The notes beneath the pieces were generated by a model that was not told where the DNA came from, searched no databases, and worked only from the letters and a program-made list of their open reading frames with translations. A stretch of 64,000 nt of DNA, taken from NCBI GenBank assembly GCA_041690395.1, contig JAWLHJ010000005.1, forward strand, positions 512,001 through 576,000. The letters are read 5' to 3'. Source of the DNA: Longimicrobiales bacterium (GTDB taxonomy: Bacteria; Gemmatimonadota; Gemmatimonadetes; Longimicrobiales; Gaopeijiaceae). Of the stretch, positions 55,636 to 64,000 are shown piece after piece. How positions within the stretch are numbered: position 1 is the stretch's first letter; every line of letters begins with the position of its first letter. The position numbers and the translations under genes were made by a program.

Positions 55636-57329
55636 CGGTGCGCGGTCCGCTCCGCGGGATCCTGCTCGCGGCCTCTCTCGTCCTGGCGACCGGCTTCGTG
55701 TGGGCGGCGTTCAATCCCGCCCCGCACACCGGCGGCGACAACGCCGGCTACCTCGCCCTCGCTCACGCGCTCATCGAAGGGGAAGGGTACGTCGACGCGT
55801 TCGACCCGCTCCGGGCCCCGCACACCAAGTACCCCCCGCTCTTCGCGCTCCTCCTGGCCGCGGCGGCCACGCTCGGGGCCTCGACCTGGTCGGCGTTCAA
55901 GGCGCTGGTCGCCGTCGCCACCGTCTTCGGTGTCGGCGTGACCTTCCTCTGGGCCGAGCGACGCCTCGGCCCGTGGCGGGCGTTCGGGGTCTCCGTGCTC
56001 GTCGCCGCGTCCGCGGGCGTGGTCTACTACAGCCACTGGATTCTCTCGGACCCCGTCTTCGTGCTCCTGACCATTGTCGCGCTATGGGCGCTGGAGCGTG
56101 GTGAGGCACGTTCCTGGGATCCCCGCTGGATCGCCGCGGGGTGCCTGGCGGCGCTCGGGGCGTACTTCACACGCTCGGCGGGGCTGCCGTTGCTCGTCGC
56201 CGTGCTGGTCTGGCTCGCGTTGCGGCGGCGGTTCCGGCTGCTCGCGTTCGCCGCCGTGGCCTTCGCGGTGCCAGCGGGGCTCTGGTTGGTCCGGGGTCTG
56301 GGGACGGGCGTCGGCGACTACGGCGCGGAGTTCTGGCTGGTCGACCCCTACGAGCCGGGCCTCGGCACCGTCGGTCTCGGCGGGCTCGCGGGCCGCGCCC
56401 TGGGGAACGGCGTGGCGTACGCGACGCGGCACCTCCCGGCCGCTATCGTCGGCACCCAGGGGCTGTGGACCCTGGCCCTCGGTGTCGCGCTCCTGGCGAC
56501 CGCCGCCTGGGGATGGTGGCGTCGGGCGCGCGAGAAACCCGCCGTCGCCGAGCTCTTCCTTCCTCTCTACCTGGGTCTCATCCTGCTGTGGCCCGAGGTG
56601 TGGGGAGGCGACCGGTTCGTGCTACCCGTGCTGCCGCTCCTGCTCGTGTACGCCGCGGTCGCCCTCGAGGGGTGGACGCGTCGGCTGGGAGGAGGCGCCC
56701 GCGTGGTCGCCGCCGCGGCCTTGCTCGTCGCGCTGATCCCCGCGCTGGGGAGCTGGGTGGGGGCCGTGTCCGACGCCCGCGCGTGCGCCTCGGTCGTCGA
56801 GGAGCAGGGTCCGTTCGCATGCTACGGGCCGAGGGTCACGGAGTTCGTCGAAGCCGCGGCCTGGATGGGTGGGGCGCTACCGGAGGGCTCCGCGGTCATG
56901 ACCCGGAAGCCGCGCATCTTCTATTTGATGAGCGCGGGGGTGCCGAGCCGGACGTTCCCCTTCGTGCCCGACCCGGCCGCCCACCTCGCGGAAGCCGACG
57001 CCGTGGGCGCCCGCTACGTCCTGCTCGACCGCTGGGACGGACAGGCGGGCCGCTTCGTGGGCGCCGCGGTCCAGGCCCGCCCGGGGGCGTTCTGCTTCGT
57101 ACGCGGGTTCGGTCCGGGACAAGTCGGCTCGTCCCAACTGCTCGGCATCCTGCCGCCCGAGCTGCGCACGGACGGAACGAGCGGACCCGGCGGTGTGTCC
57201 GTGGCGATGTGCCCCGCGGACTATCTGCGGCCGGGCGCTGGGGGCGGCCCCGACGGGGTGGGCGGCCGGGCGGGTCCGGTCGCGGGGGACGCGGCCCGGA
57301 TCCCGTTGTTCTACTCGTCCGTCCCGTAG
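55632..57329 (+). CDS. ArnT/PMT-like GT-C membrane glycosyltransferase
   Basis: GGDNAGY...KYPPLFALLL first loop, ILSDP, TRSAG, DRFVLP; about 11 TM helices; ATGA overlap with murQ. Confidence 0.7.
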   Translation: MTVRGPLRGILLAASLVLATGFVWAAFNPAPHTGGDNAGYLALAHALIEGEGYVDAFDPLRAPHTKYPPLFALLLAAAATLGASTWSAFKALVAVATVFGVGVTFLWAERRLGPWRAFGVSVLVAASAGVVYYSHWILSDPVFVLLTIVALWALERGEARSWDPRWIAAGCLAALGAYFTRSAGLPLLVAVLVWLALRRRFRLLAFAAVAFAVPAGLWLVRGLGTGVGDYGAEFWLVDPYEPGLGTVGLGGLAGRALGNGVAYATRHLPAAIVGTQGLWTLALGVALLATAAWGWWRRAREKPAVAELFLPLYLGLILLWPEVWGGDRFVLPVLPLLLVYAAVALEGWTRRLGGGARVVAAAALLVALIPALGSWVGAVSDARACASVVEEQGPFACYGPRVTEFVEAAAWMGGALPEGSAVMTRKPRIFYLMSAGVPSRTFPFVPDPAAHLAEADAVGARYVLLDRWDGQAGRFVGAAVQARPGAFCFVRGFGPGQVGSSQLLGILPPELRTDGTSGPGGVSVAMCPADYLRPGAGGGPDGVGGRAGPVAGDAARIPLFYSSVP

Positions 57330-57958
57330 AGGACGCCGATGACGACACCGAACGCCAGATGCTCCAGGAACGCGCGGTCGCGACCGTCCGTCCCTTCGAG
57401 CACCCGTCCGACCACGGGGATCCGGCCTTGAGGCGTGGCCCTTCCGAACACCCGTCCGAGACCGCCCATCGGCACGGCGGCGTACTCCGCGGCACCGTAC
57501 ACGGCCCCGCGCAGGAGACCCGGACCCGGAAGCCTCGGCTGCACGACGGCCCCGTACACGAGGCCCTGCGCCACACCCGCGACGATGCGGTCCAACGTCC
57601 CGTCGTCGAGCGACGGGAGCTCTCGTTCTCCGCGCAGGAGCGGCCGGGCGAGCTCGACGAGCAGTGCGGCGCCGGCACCGGTGAGCCCCGCGCGGATCAG
57701 GTCCCCCACGCCGGTCGAGTGCCGGGGACGCCACGCCGACAGCAGCCGGGCGGCCACCGCGGCGAGCCCCGCGGTGACGATCTGGTCGGTCTCCGGGAGC
57801 GGGAAGCGGCTCTTACTTCCCCCACGATCGGCTCCGGGCACGATGTCCCGGACCCGCCCGGCGAGCTCCGAGAGCGCGCCGCGCGCCTGGGACGGGCCCT
57901 CGCGAGCCTGGGCGAAGAGGTAGCCGAGTCGGTACCAGGGATTGGAATCGGAGGACAT
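57311..57958 (-). CDS. Hypothetical membrane protein
   Basis: MSSDSNPWYRLGY...GLVYGAV...GAVYG...HLAFGVVIG; 3-4 hydrophobic segments. Confidence 0.65.
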   Translation of the reverse strand: MSSDSNPWYRLGYLFAQAREGPSQARGALSELAGRVRDIVPGADRGGSKSRFPLPETDQIVTAGLAAVAARLLSAWRPRHSTGVGDLIRAGLTGAGAALLVELARPLLRGERELPSLDDGTLDRIVAGVAQGLVYGAVVQPRLPGPGLLRGAVYGAAEYAAVPMGGLGRVFGRATPQGRIPVVGRVLEGTDGRDRAFLEHLAFGVVIGVLYGTDE

Positions 57959-58014
57959 CGTCGATGACACGGGCTGAGGGAACGCTGTTTCGAACGGTCG
58001 CGCGCGGCGAGCCC

Positions 58015-61000
58015 GTGGGCAAGGCGCGCTTCGCCCGCCTCGGGGGCGTGCTCGCCCTCGCGTGCCTCCTGGTGGCGCCGTTGCTTCCCGGTGCGACCCC
58101 CGTCGCCGCGCAGCAGGCGCCACCCGACGAGTCGTGGCGCACCATAGAGACGGAGCGGGCCCGCGTGACGTTCCCCGAGCGCCTCGAGGCCCTCGGGCGC
58201 CGCGCCGCGTACCGCACGGAGATCGCCCTGGACGCGCTGGAAGCATCGTTCCTCGCGGGCCCCGCTGGCCCCATCGACATCCTCGTCACCGACCACACGG
58301 ACTTCTCCAACGGCTTCGCCCAGGTCACGCCTTCGAACCGCATCACCATCTACGCCCGGCCGCCGGTCGACGAGCCGGGCCTCGGCTACTTCGACGACTG
58401 GTTCGACCTGGTGCTCACCCACGAGATCGCCCACGTGGTGCACCTCGACCGCACGGAGAACCCGCTCGGTCAACTCCTCCGCGCGGTGTTCGGCCGCGTG
58501 CCGACGCGCTGGCCGTTCTTTCCGGGCCACAGCACCCCGTCGTGGGTGACCGAAGGGCTGGCCACCTGGTACGAGTCGTCGCTCACCGAGGCCGGCCGCC
58601 TGCACGGCACCTTCTTCGAGATGCAGCTCCGCACGGCGGTCCTCGAGGGACGGTTCGAGGATGTGGGGCAGGCCTCGGGCTCGTCTCCGGTGTGGCCGGC
58701 GGGGAACCGTCCGTACGCCTACGGCTCCCTCTTCTTCGAGCACATGCTCGAGATGTACGGCGAGGACAGGATGGCTGCCTTCGCGAAAGCGATCGCCGGC
58801 CAGTGGATTCCGTACCGGATGAACGCGGCCGGCGAGAGCGCGTTCGGGGTGTCGATCTCGGATGCCTGGCGGACATGGGGAGATTCGCTCGCCGCGCGGT
58901 ACGGCACGCTGGATGAGGAGCTCCGCAGGCTGGGTCCCGTCACGGAGCCGGAGATGGTCACGGCCGGCGCCCGGTGGGCGGTCGAGCCGTCCGTCGGGCC
59001 CGACGGCACGCTCGCCTATGTCCGGGCGGACGGACGCTCCGACACGCGCGTCGCCCTGGAGCCGACCGACGGCGGTGGCCGGTCCGGCGGGATCCGCGTC
59101 AACGGGATCGCTTCCTTCGACTGGACGGCCGACGGACGCCTCCTCGTCGGGCAGCTCGAGTACGAAGACACGCACAGGGTCTACAGCGATCTCTACCTGT
59201 TAGAGCCCGACGGAGGCAGCCGGCGGATCACCCACGGGGCGCGTATCGCGCAACCTTCGCCGGGTCCGGACGGAGGCTGGGCGGTGGCGGTGCAGGAGGG
59301 CGGAGGCACGGGTGCGCTGGTGCGCGTCGACCTGACGGACGGCGCCGTGACGCCCCTCTCCGCCCCGGACTCGCTCGAGCACTGGGCCTATCCGTCCGTA
59401 TCGCCCGACGGACGGCACGTCGCCGTCACGCGCTGGCGCTCGGGCGGCTTCCACGACGTCGTCGTGCTCGACGCGCGCACCGGCCGGGAGGTCGCGGCCC
59501 TGACCCGGGACCGGGCTCTCGACCTCGCGCCGTCGTGGAGCCCGGACGGCCGCTGGATCGTGTGGGCCTCCGACCGGACGGGCATCCTGAACGTGCTGGC
59601 TGCGCCCTTCGACGCCCGGGCCGGTACCGCGGGCGCTCCCCGGCAGCTCTCGAACGTACGGACCGGCGTGGCGTTCCCCTCGGTCGATCCGGACGGCGCG
59701 ACCCTCCACCTCTCGCTCTACCGGGCGGACGGCTGGGAGGTCGGCCGCATGCCGTTCGATCCGGAGAGCGCGCCCACGGCCCCGACGGCCGCTGCCCGGT
59801 TCGAGCCCGACCAGCCATTCGTGGACGGAGCGTCGGACGCCTCGGTCCGTGACTACTCCCCGTGGCCGACGCTCCTCCCCCGTTACTGGGAGCCGCTGCT
59901 GCGGGAGGCCGTGCGCTCGCCGGCCGTCTTCGGGCCGGACCTGTTCATCCCGCGGCGGGAGCTGCTCGGCTTCGCGGTCGGCGCGCGGACGAGCGGTCAG
60001 GATCTGGTCGGCCGGCATGCGTACGACGTCTTCGGGCGGGTGTTCACGTCCGGAGGCGGTCGCTTCGACGCGGGGGCGGCCTACAGCTACCGCGGCCTCC
60101 GGAATCCGACCTTCACGCTGTCCGCGTCGCAGTACTGGGACGACGACGGCGCGCGGCTCGGCCGGCCCGATCCGTCCGCGCCGTTCGACACGCTCTACGT
60201 GCTCGAGCGCGAGCGCTTCCTCACGGCGTCCGTGACCGCCGTGGTCCCCTCCTGGCGACGGAACCTGCGGCTCACGCTCTCGGGCTCCCTCGTGGACCAG
60301 GACCGGGAACTGCTGGACAACACCCTGCGGCCCTCGGCCACGTACGGGTTGACCCGGCCCAGCGCCCGTCTGGGTGACGTCCGCGCCACCGTCTCGTTCT
60401 CGACGGCCCGCTCCTATGCCTTCCAGATCGGCGGCTCGAAGGGGCTCGACCTCTACCTGAGCGGCCGAACCCGCCGGGAGCTCGCGCTGCCCGACTCGTT
60501 GGCCGGCGTGGTCGGCGAGGACCGCGCGCTCGACGATCTCGTCGGGCGGCTGCGCACCTATGTGCCTCTCGGTGGGCCCGGGCACGCGCCGCACGTGCTG
60601 GCCTTCCAGCTCGCCGGCGGGGTCGCGCGGGGACCGGACGCCCCGGGCGGACACTTCGAGGTGGGCGGCGCCTCCGGACGGCCGGAGACGGTGACGGGGC
60701 TCGCCCTGTTCGGCGGCTCTCCCGTGTTCTTCCCGACGCGCGGCTACGCCTCCGGCGCCCGGCAGGGTCGCATCGCCTGGTCGGCCTCCGGCGAATACCG
60801 ATTCCCGCTGCGTCTGGTGCACCGCGGCCTCGGTGCGTGGCCGCTCTACCTGGGCCGCATGACGGGCGCGCTCTTCGCCGAAGGCGGGGACGCCTGGGAT
60901 CCCGGGACCACGGAGGGCTTCTTCGACTCCGGTCGGCGCCCCATGGTCTCCGCCGGCGGTGAGATCGCTGCCGAGATCATCGCCCTCTACGACTTCTCGC

Positions 61001-61083
61001 TCCTCACCCGCCTCGGGCTGGCCGTTCCGCTCGTCGACGGGGCCGATCCGCAGCTCTACGTCCGCCTCGGCATCCCTTTCTGA
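58015..61083 (+). CDS. Omp85-like outer-membrane protein with an N-terminal HEXXH metallopeptidase and a PD40 beta-propeller
   Basis: Signal peptide; HEIAH...WVTEGLA; PSVSPDGR and PSWSPDGR repeats; TRGY loop motif; terminal LYVRLGIPF. Start is 57964 or 58015. Confidence 0.75.
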   Translation: MGKARFARLGGVLALACLLVAPLLPGATPVAAQQAPPDESWRTIETERARVTFPERLEALGRRAAYRTEIALDALEASFLAGPAGPIDILVTDHTDFSNGFAQVTPSNRITIYARPPVDEPGLGYFDDWFDLVLTHEIAHVVHLDRTENPLGQLLRAVFGRVPTRWPFFPGHSTPSWVTEGLATWYESSLTEAGRLHGTFFEMQLRTAVLEGRFEDVGQASGSSPVWPAGNRPYAYGSLFFEHMLEMYGEDRMAAFAKAIAGQWIPYRMNAAGESAFGVSISDAWRTWGDSLAARYGTLDEELRRLGPVTEPEMVTAGARWAVEPSVGPDGTLAYVRADGRSDTRVALEPTDGGGRSGGIRVNGIASFDWTADGRLLVGQLEYEDTHRVYSDLYLLEPDGGSRRITHGARIAQPSPGPDGGWAVAVQEGGGTGALVRVDLTDGAVTPLSAPDSLEHWAYPSVSPDGRHVAVTRWRSGGFHDVVVLDARTGREVAALTRDRALDLAPSWSPDGRWIVWASDRTGILNVLAAPFDARAGTAGAPRQLSNVRTGVAFPSVDPDGATLHLSLYRADGWEVGRMPFDPESAPTAPTAAARFEPDQPFVDGASDASVRDYSPWPTLLPRYWEPLLREAVRSPAVFGPDLFIPRRELLGFAVGARTSGQDLVGRHAYDVFGRVFTSGGGRFDAGAAYSYRGLRNPTFTLSASQYWDDDGARLGRPDPSAPFDTLYVLERERFLTASVTAVVPSWRRNLRLTLSGSLVDQDRELLDNTLRPSATYGLTRPSARLGDVRATVSFSTARSYAFQIGGSKGLDLYLSGRTRRELALPDSLAGVVGEDRALDDLVGRLRTYVPLGGPGHAPHVLAFQLAGGVARGPDAPGGHFEVGGASGRPETVTGLALFGGSPVFFPTRGYASGARQGRIAWSASGEYRFPLRLVHRGLGAWPLYLGRMTGALFAEGGDAWDPGTTEGFFDSGRRPMVSAGGEIAAEIIALYDFSLLTRLGLAVPLVDGADPQLYVRLGIPF

Positions 61084-61283
61084 GGGCGGCCGGTTCCGGT
61101 CCGCCTCGGTCTCCCCTCGGGCAGGCTACCCCGCCCGAAGGGAACCGAACGGAAGCCGAAGGTGTAGGGTGAAAAATGCCCATCGGCGCCCGCGACCATC
61201 ATCGGCGAGGTGAGCCGCGCGGCCTAATCCCCTACGTGAAGCGGCTTTCCGGAGCAGGCCGGAAAACGGCGTCGGAATCTTGC

Positions 61284-61334
61284 TTGACCACAACATATTG
61301 GGGTCCTATAGTGCCTCCACCCAATATCCGGTAC
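61284..61334 (+). promoter_or_regulatory. Sigma70 promoter with tandem NrdR boxes
   Basis: TTGACC (61284) - 17 bp - TATAGT (61307); CCACAACATATTGGGG (61288-61303) and ACCCAATATCCGGTAC (61319-61334), 31 bp apart, upstream of nrdJ. Confidence 0.8.
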
Positions 61335-61458
61335 GGTCCTCGGGGGCCTTTCCACAAGTAAATCCACGGCGGGAGCCGCTTCCCGCCGTTTTTCGACTCC
61401 GTATCCAGCGTTTTCCACGTAGTTTTTCCACGTACCGCCCGCAGGAGGGCCGCCCACC

Positions 61459-64000
61459 ATGCCCCGACTCCACACTCCGCGCCCCGCCCGGGAGCCCGTC
61501 CTCTTCGACGACGTCCTTCCTGATGACCTTCCGCCGGCCGAGCTCACGGAGAACGCCCGGATCGTCCTCGGCAAGCGATATCTGAAGAAGGATCCCGAGG
61601 GGACCCCGACGGAGGAGCCGGAGGTCATGTTCTGGCGGGTGGCGCGCACCATCGCGGCGGTGGACGCCGATTACGGTGCGTCGGAGGCGGCGGTGGACGA
61701 GGTCGCGCGGCAGTTCTACGACCTCATGATCAACGGGAAGTTCGAGCCGAACTCCCCGACGCTCATGAACGCGGGCCGGCCCCTCGGCCAGCTCTCGGCG
61801 TGCTTCGTGCTTCCCGTGGACGACGCGATCTCCAACGGCAAGAGCGGTATCTACGACACGCTGCGTTCCATGGCGCTCGTCCATCAGTCCGGCGGCGGTA
61901 CGGGCTTCTCGTTCTCGCGGCTGCGTCCGGAGGGCGAGAACGTCCGCTCCACCATGGGCGTGGCCTCCGGACCCGTCTCGTTCATGAGGCTCTACGACGC
62001 CAGCACCGACGTCGTGAAGCAGGGCGGCACGCGGCGCGGCGCGAACATGGGCATCCTTCGGGTGGACCACCCGGACATCCGCACCTTCATCGCGTGCAAG
62101 AACGACACGACGCAGATCACGAACTTCAACATCTCCGTGGCGATCACCGACGCGTTCATGGACGCGGTGGCGAACGACGAGAGCTACGACCTCGTCAACC
62201 CGAAGACGGGCGAGGTCGTGGGCCAGGACAATGCCCGCGAGATCTTCGACCTGATCGTGCGCGGGGCGTGGCTCACCGGTGAGCCCGGCACCTTCTTCGT
62301 CGACCGCGCGAACGAGTTCAACCCGGTGCCGCACCTCGGCGCGTACGAGGCCACGAACCCGTGCGGCGAGCAGCCGCTCCTGCCGTACGACGTGTGCAAC
62401 CTCGGGAGCGTGAACCTCGGCCTGTTCGTGAAGGACGACGCCGGCATCGGCACCGACCCCGACGAGGGGATCGACTGGGAGGCGCTTCGTCAGGTGGTGC
62501 ATCTGTCGACGCACTTCCTCGACAACGTCATCGATGCGAACCAGTACCCGCTTCCCGAGATCCACGACCTGGCCCAGCGCATCCGCCGCATCGGGCTCGG
62601 GGTCATGGGATGGGCCGACATGCTCGTCCGCCTCGGCATCCCGTACGACTCGCCCGAGGGCGTGGCGCTCGGCCGCAAAGTCATGGGCTTCCTGAACGAG
62701 GAAGCGCGCGTGGCGTCCGAGAAGCTCGCCGAGACGCGAGGCGTCTTCACCGAGTGGGAGCAGTCGATCTGGGGTCCGGACGAGACCGCCGCCCGCGCCG
62801 CTGACGGCACCCGTATCCGTGCCGAGCGCCCGCTCCGGAACTGCAACCTGACCACCGTCGCGCCGACCGGGACCATCTCCATCTTCGCCGGCTGCTCCGG
62901 CGGCATCGAGCCGCTCTTCGCGGTGGCGTTCATGCGGAACCAGGCGGGCTCGCTCATGCCCGACGTGAACCCGGACTTCGTGCGCATGGCGAAGGAGGGC
63001 GGCTGGTACTCCGACGACCTCATGGAGCGGATCGCCCAGGAGGGGCACATCCACTTCGACGAGGTCCCGGAGGATGTCCAGCGGACCTTCCGCACCGCGC
63101 ACGACATCACGCCCGAGTGGCACGTGCGCATGCAGGCGGCCTTCCAGGAGCATTGCGACTCCGCCATCTCCAAGACGACGAACTTCCCTCGCGAGGCGAC
63201 CGAGGAGCAGGTGCGCGAGATCTACGAGCTCGCGTTCAGCCTCGGCTGCAAGGGCGTCACGGTGTACCGCGACGGCTCCCGGGACGGCCAGGTGCTGTCC
63301 ACCGGCAAGACGAGCAAGAAGGAGGTTCCGGCCGAGGTCACCGCGAACATCTCGGAGCTCGAGCACCAGCTCGCCGATGCCCGCGAGGAGGCGCACAACC
63401 TGCGGCACGAGAACGAGCGGATCCGCGCCGAGCTGCGCGAGCACGACCTGACGGCCGGCGCGGCCCGCCAGAAGCGTCAGCGGCCCGAGGCGCTCCGCGG
63501 CTACACCATGAAGATGATCTCACCGCTCGGCGATCTGTACGTGACGATCAACGAGGACCAGAGCGGCCGGCCGTTCGAGGTGTTCTGCACGCTCGGTAAG
63601 GCCGGTGGACCGGCCATGGCCGACGCCGAGGCGATCGGGCGTCTGATCTCGCTCGGCCTCCGCTCGGGCATCCCGATCCGCCAGGTGAAGGACCAGCTCC
63701 GCGGCATCTCCTGCGACCGCGCCGTAGGCCTCGGCCCGAACAAGGTGCTCTCCGCGCCGGACGCGATCGGCCAGGCGATCGAGCGGTACCTCGAGGAGAA
63801 GGAAGGCGTCCAGGAGGCGCTGGCGCTGGGTGTGCCGGTGAGCGGGAGCTCGACCGCCGGCACGCAGTCCGAGGCGTCGAGGGCGTCCTACACGGAGCCC
63901 GAGCTCTTCGACATGGGCGCCTGCCCGGAGTGCGGCTCGGGTCAGCTCGCATTCGAGGAAGGGTGCAAGAAGTGCCACGTGTGCGGGTACAGCGAGTGCG
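61459..64000 (+). CDS. nrdJ: Class II adenosylcobalamin-dependent ribonucleotide reductase (runs off the window end)
   Basis: Manual translation from ATG 61459 (AGGAGG RBS): PNSPTLMNAG, QLSACFV, KQGGTRRGANM, ATNPCGEQPL, CNLGS, APTGTIS, GVTVYRDGSR, a TSCPD-like SAPD, and a C-terminal CPECG...CHVCGYSEC. Confidence 0.95.
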   Translation, partial: MPRLHTPRPAREPVLFDDVLPDDLPPAELTENARIVLGKRYLKKDPEGTPTEEPEVMFWRVARTIAAVDADYGASEAAVDEVARQFYDLMINGKFEPNSPTLMNAGRPLGQLSACFVLPVDDAISNGKSGIYDTLRSMALVHQSGGGTGFSFSRLRPEGENVRSTMGVASGPVSFMRLYDASTDVVKQGGTRRGANMGILRVDHPDIRTFIACKNDTTQITNFNISVAITDAFMDAVANDESYDLVNPKTGEVVGQDNAREIFDLIVRGAWLTGEPGTFFVDRANEFNPVPHLGAYEATNPCGEQPLLPYDVCNLGSVNLGLFVKDDAGIGTDPDEGIDWEALRQVVHLSTHFLDNVIDANQYPLPEIHDLAQRIRRIGLGVMGWADMLVRLGIPYDSPEGVALGRKVMGFLNEEARVASEKLAETRGVFTEWEQSIWGPDETAARAADGTRIRAERPLRNCNLTTVAPTGTISIFAGCSGGIEPLFAVAFMRNQAGSLMPDVNPDFVRMAKEGGWYSDDLMERIAQEGHIHFDEVPEDVQRTFRTAHDITPEWHVRMQAAFQEHCDSAISKTTNFPREATEEQVREIYELAFSLGCKGVTVYRDGSRDGQVLSTGKTSKKEVPAEVTANISELEHQLADAREEAHNLRHENERIRAELREHDLTAGAARQKRQRPEALRGYTMKMISPLGDLYVTINEDQSGRPFEVFCTLGKAGGPAMADAEAIGRLISLGLRSGIPIRQVKDQLRGISCDRAVGLGPNKVLSAPDAIGQAIERYLEEKEGVQEALALGVPVSGSSTAGTQSEASRASYTEPELFDMGACPECGSGQLAFEEGCKKCHVCGYSEC

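Noticed and set aside
61459..64000. Intein or intron in nrdJ
   Set aside because: Core motifs are contiguous with normal spacing; no splice-junction or homing endonuclease motifs.

Overview
A GC-rich (roughly 70% by eye), densely coding bacterial chromosomal segment. The gene content (three ADOP-type permeases with a PadR gene, DUF2723, a peptidase/PD40 Omp85 protein, class II RNR) suggests Gemmatimonadota or a similar diderm lineage, which is an inference. Two genes cut by the window edges are missing from the ORF track: a bifunctional aspartate kinase-DAP decarboxylase (<1-1657, minus) and a B12-dependent ribonucleotide reductase NrdJ (61459->64000, plus) with a sigma70 promoter and tandem NrdR boxes. 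The rest includes an asd-lysC-dapB-dapA-dapD operon, peptidases, a hybrid kinase, a TonB receptor, a Fur-speB-cls-ccdA run, ggt and murQ. The most notable items are: (1) a tightly coupled HEAT / DUF2723 GT-C / MoeB / NDH-2 run ending in a ~1500-aa TPR-glycoside hydrolase-TPR-porin fusion that resembles a one-chain polysaccharide editing and export unit; (2) a CoaE-PHP phosphatase fusion next to nrnA; (3) a ~1.3-kb lower-GC islet (49640-50980) with a 61-bp-period palindromic repeat array, two small coupled ORFs, a decayed addiction-module gene and hicAB. No rRNA, tRNA, transposase, integrase or cas gene was recognised. All calls come from reading motifs by eye; no database search was run.
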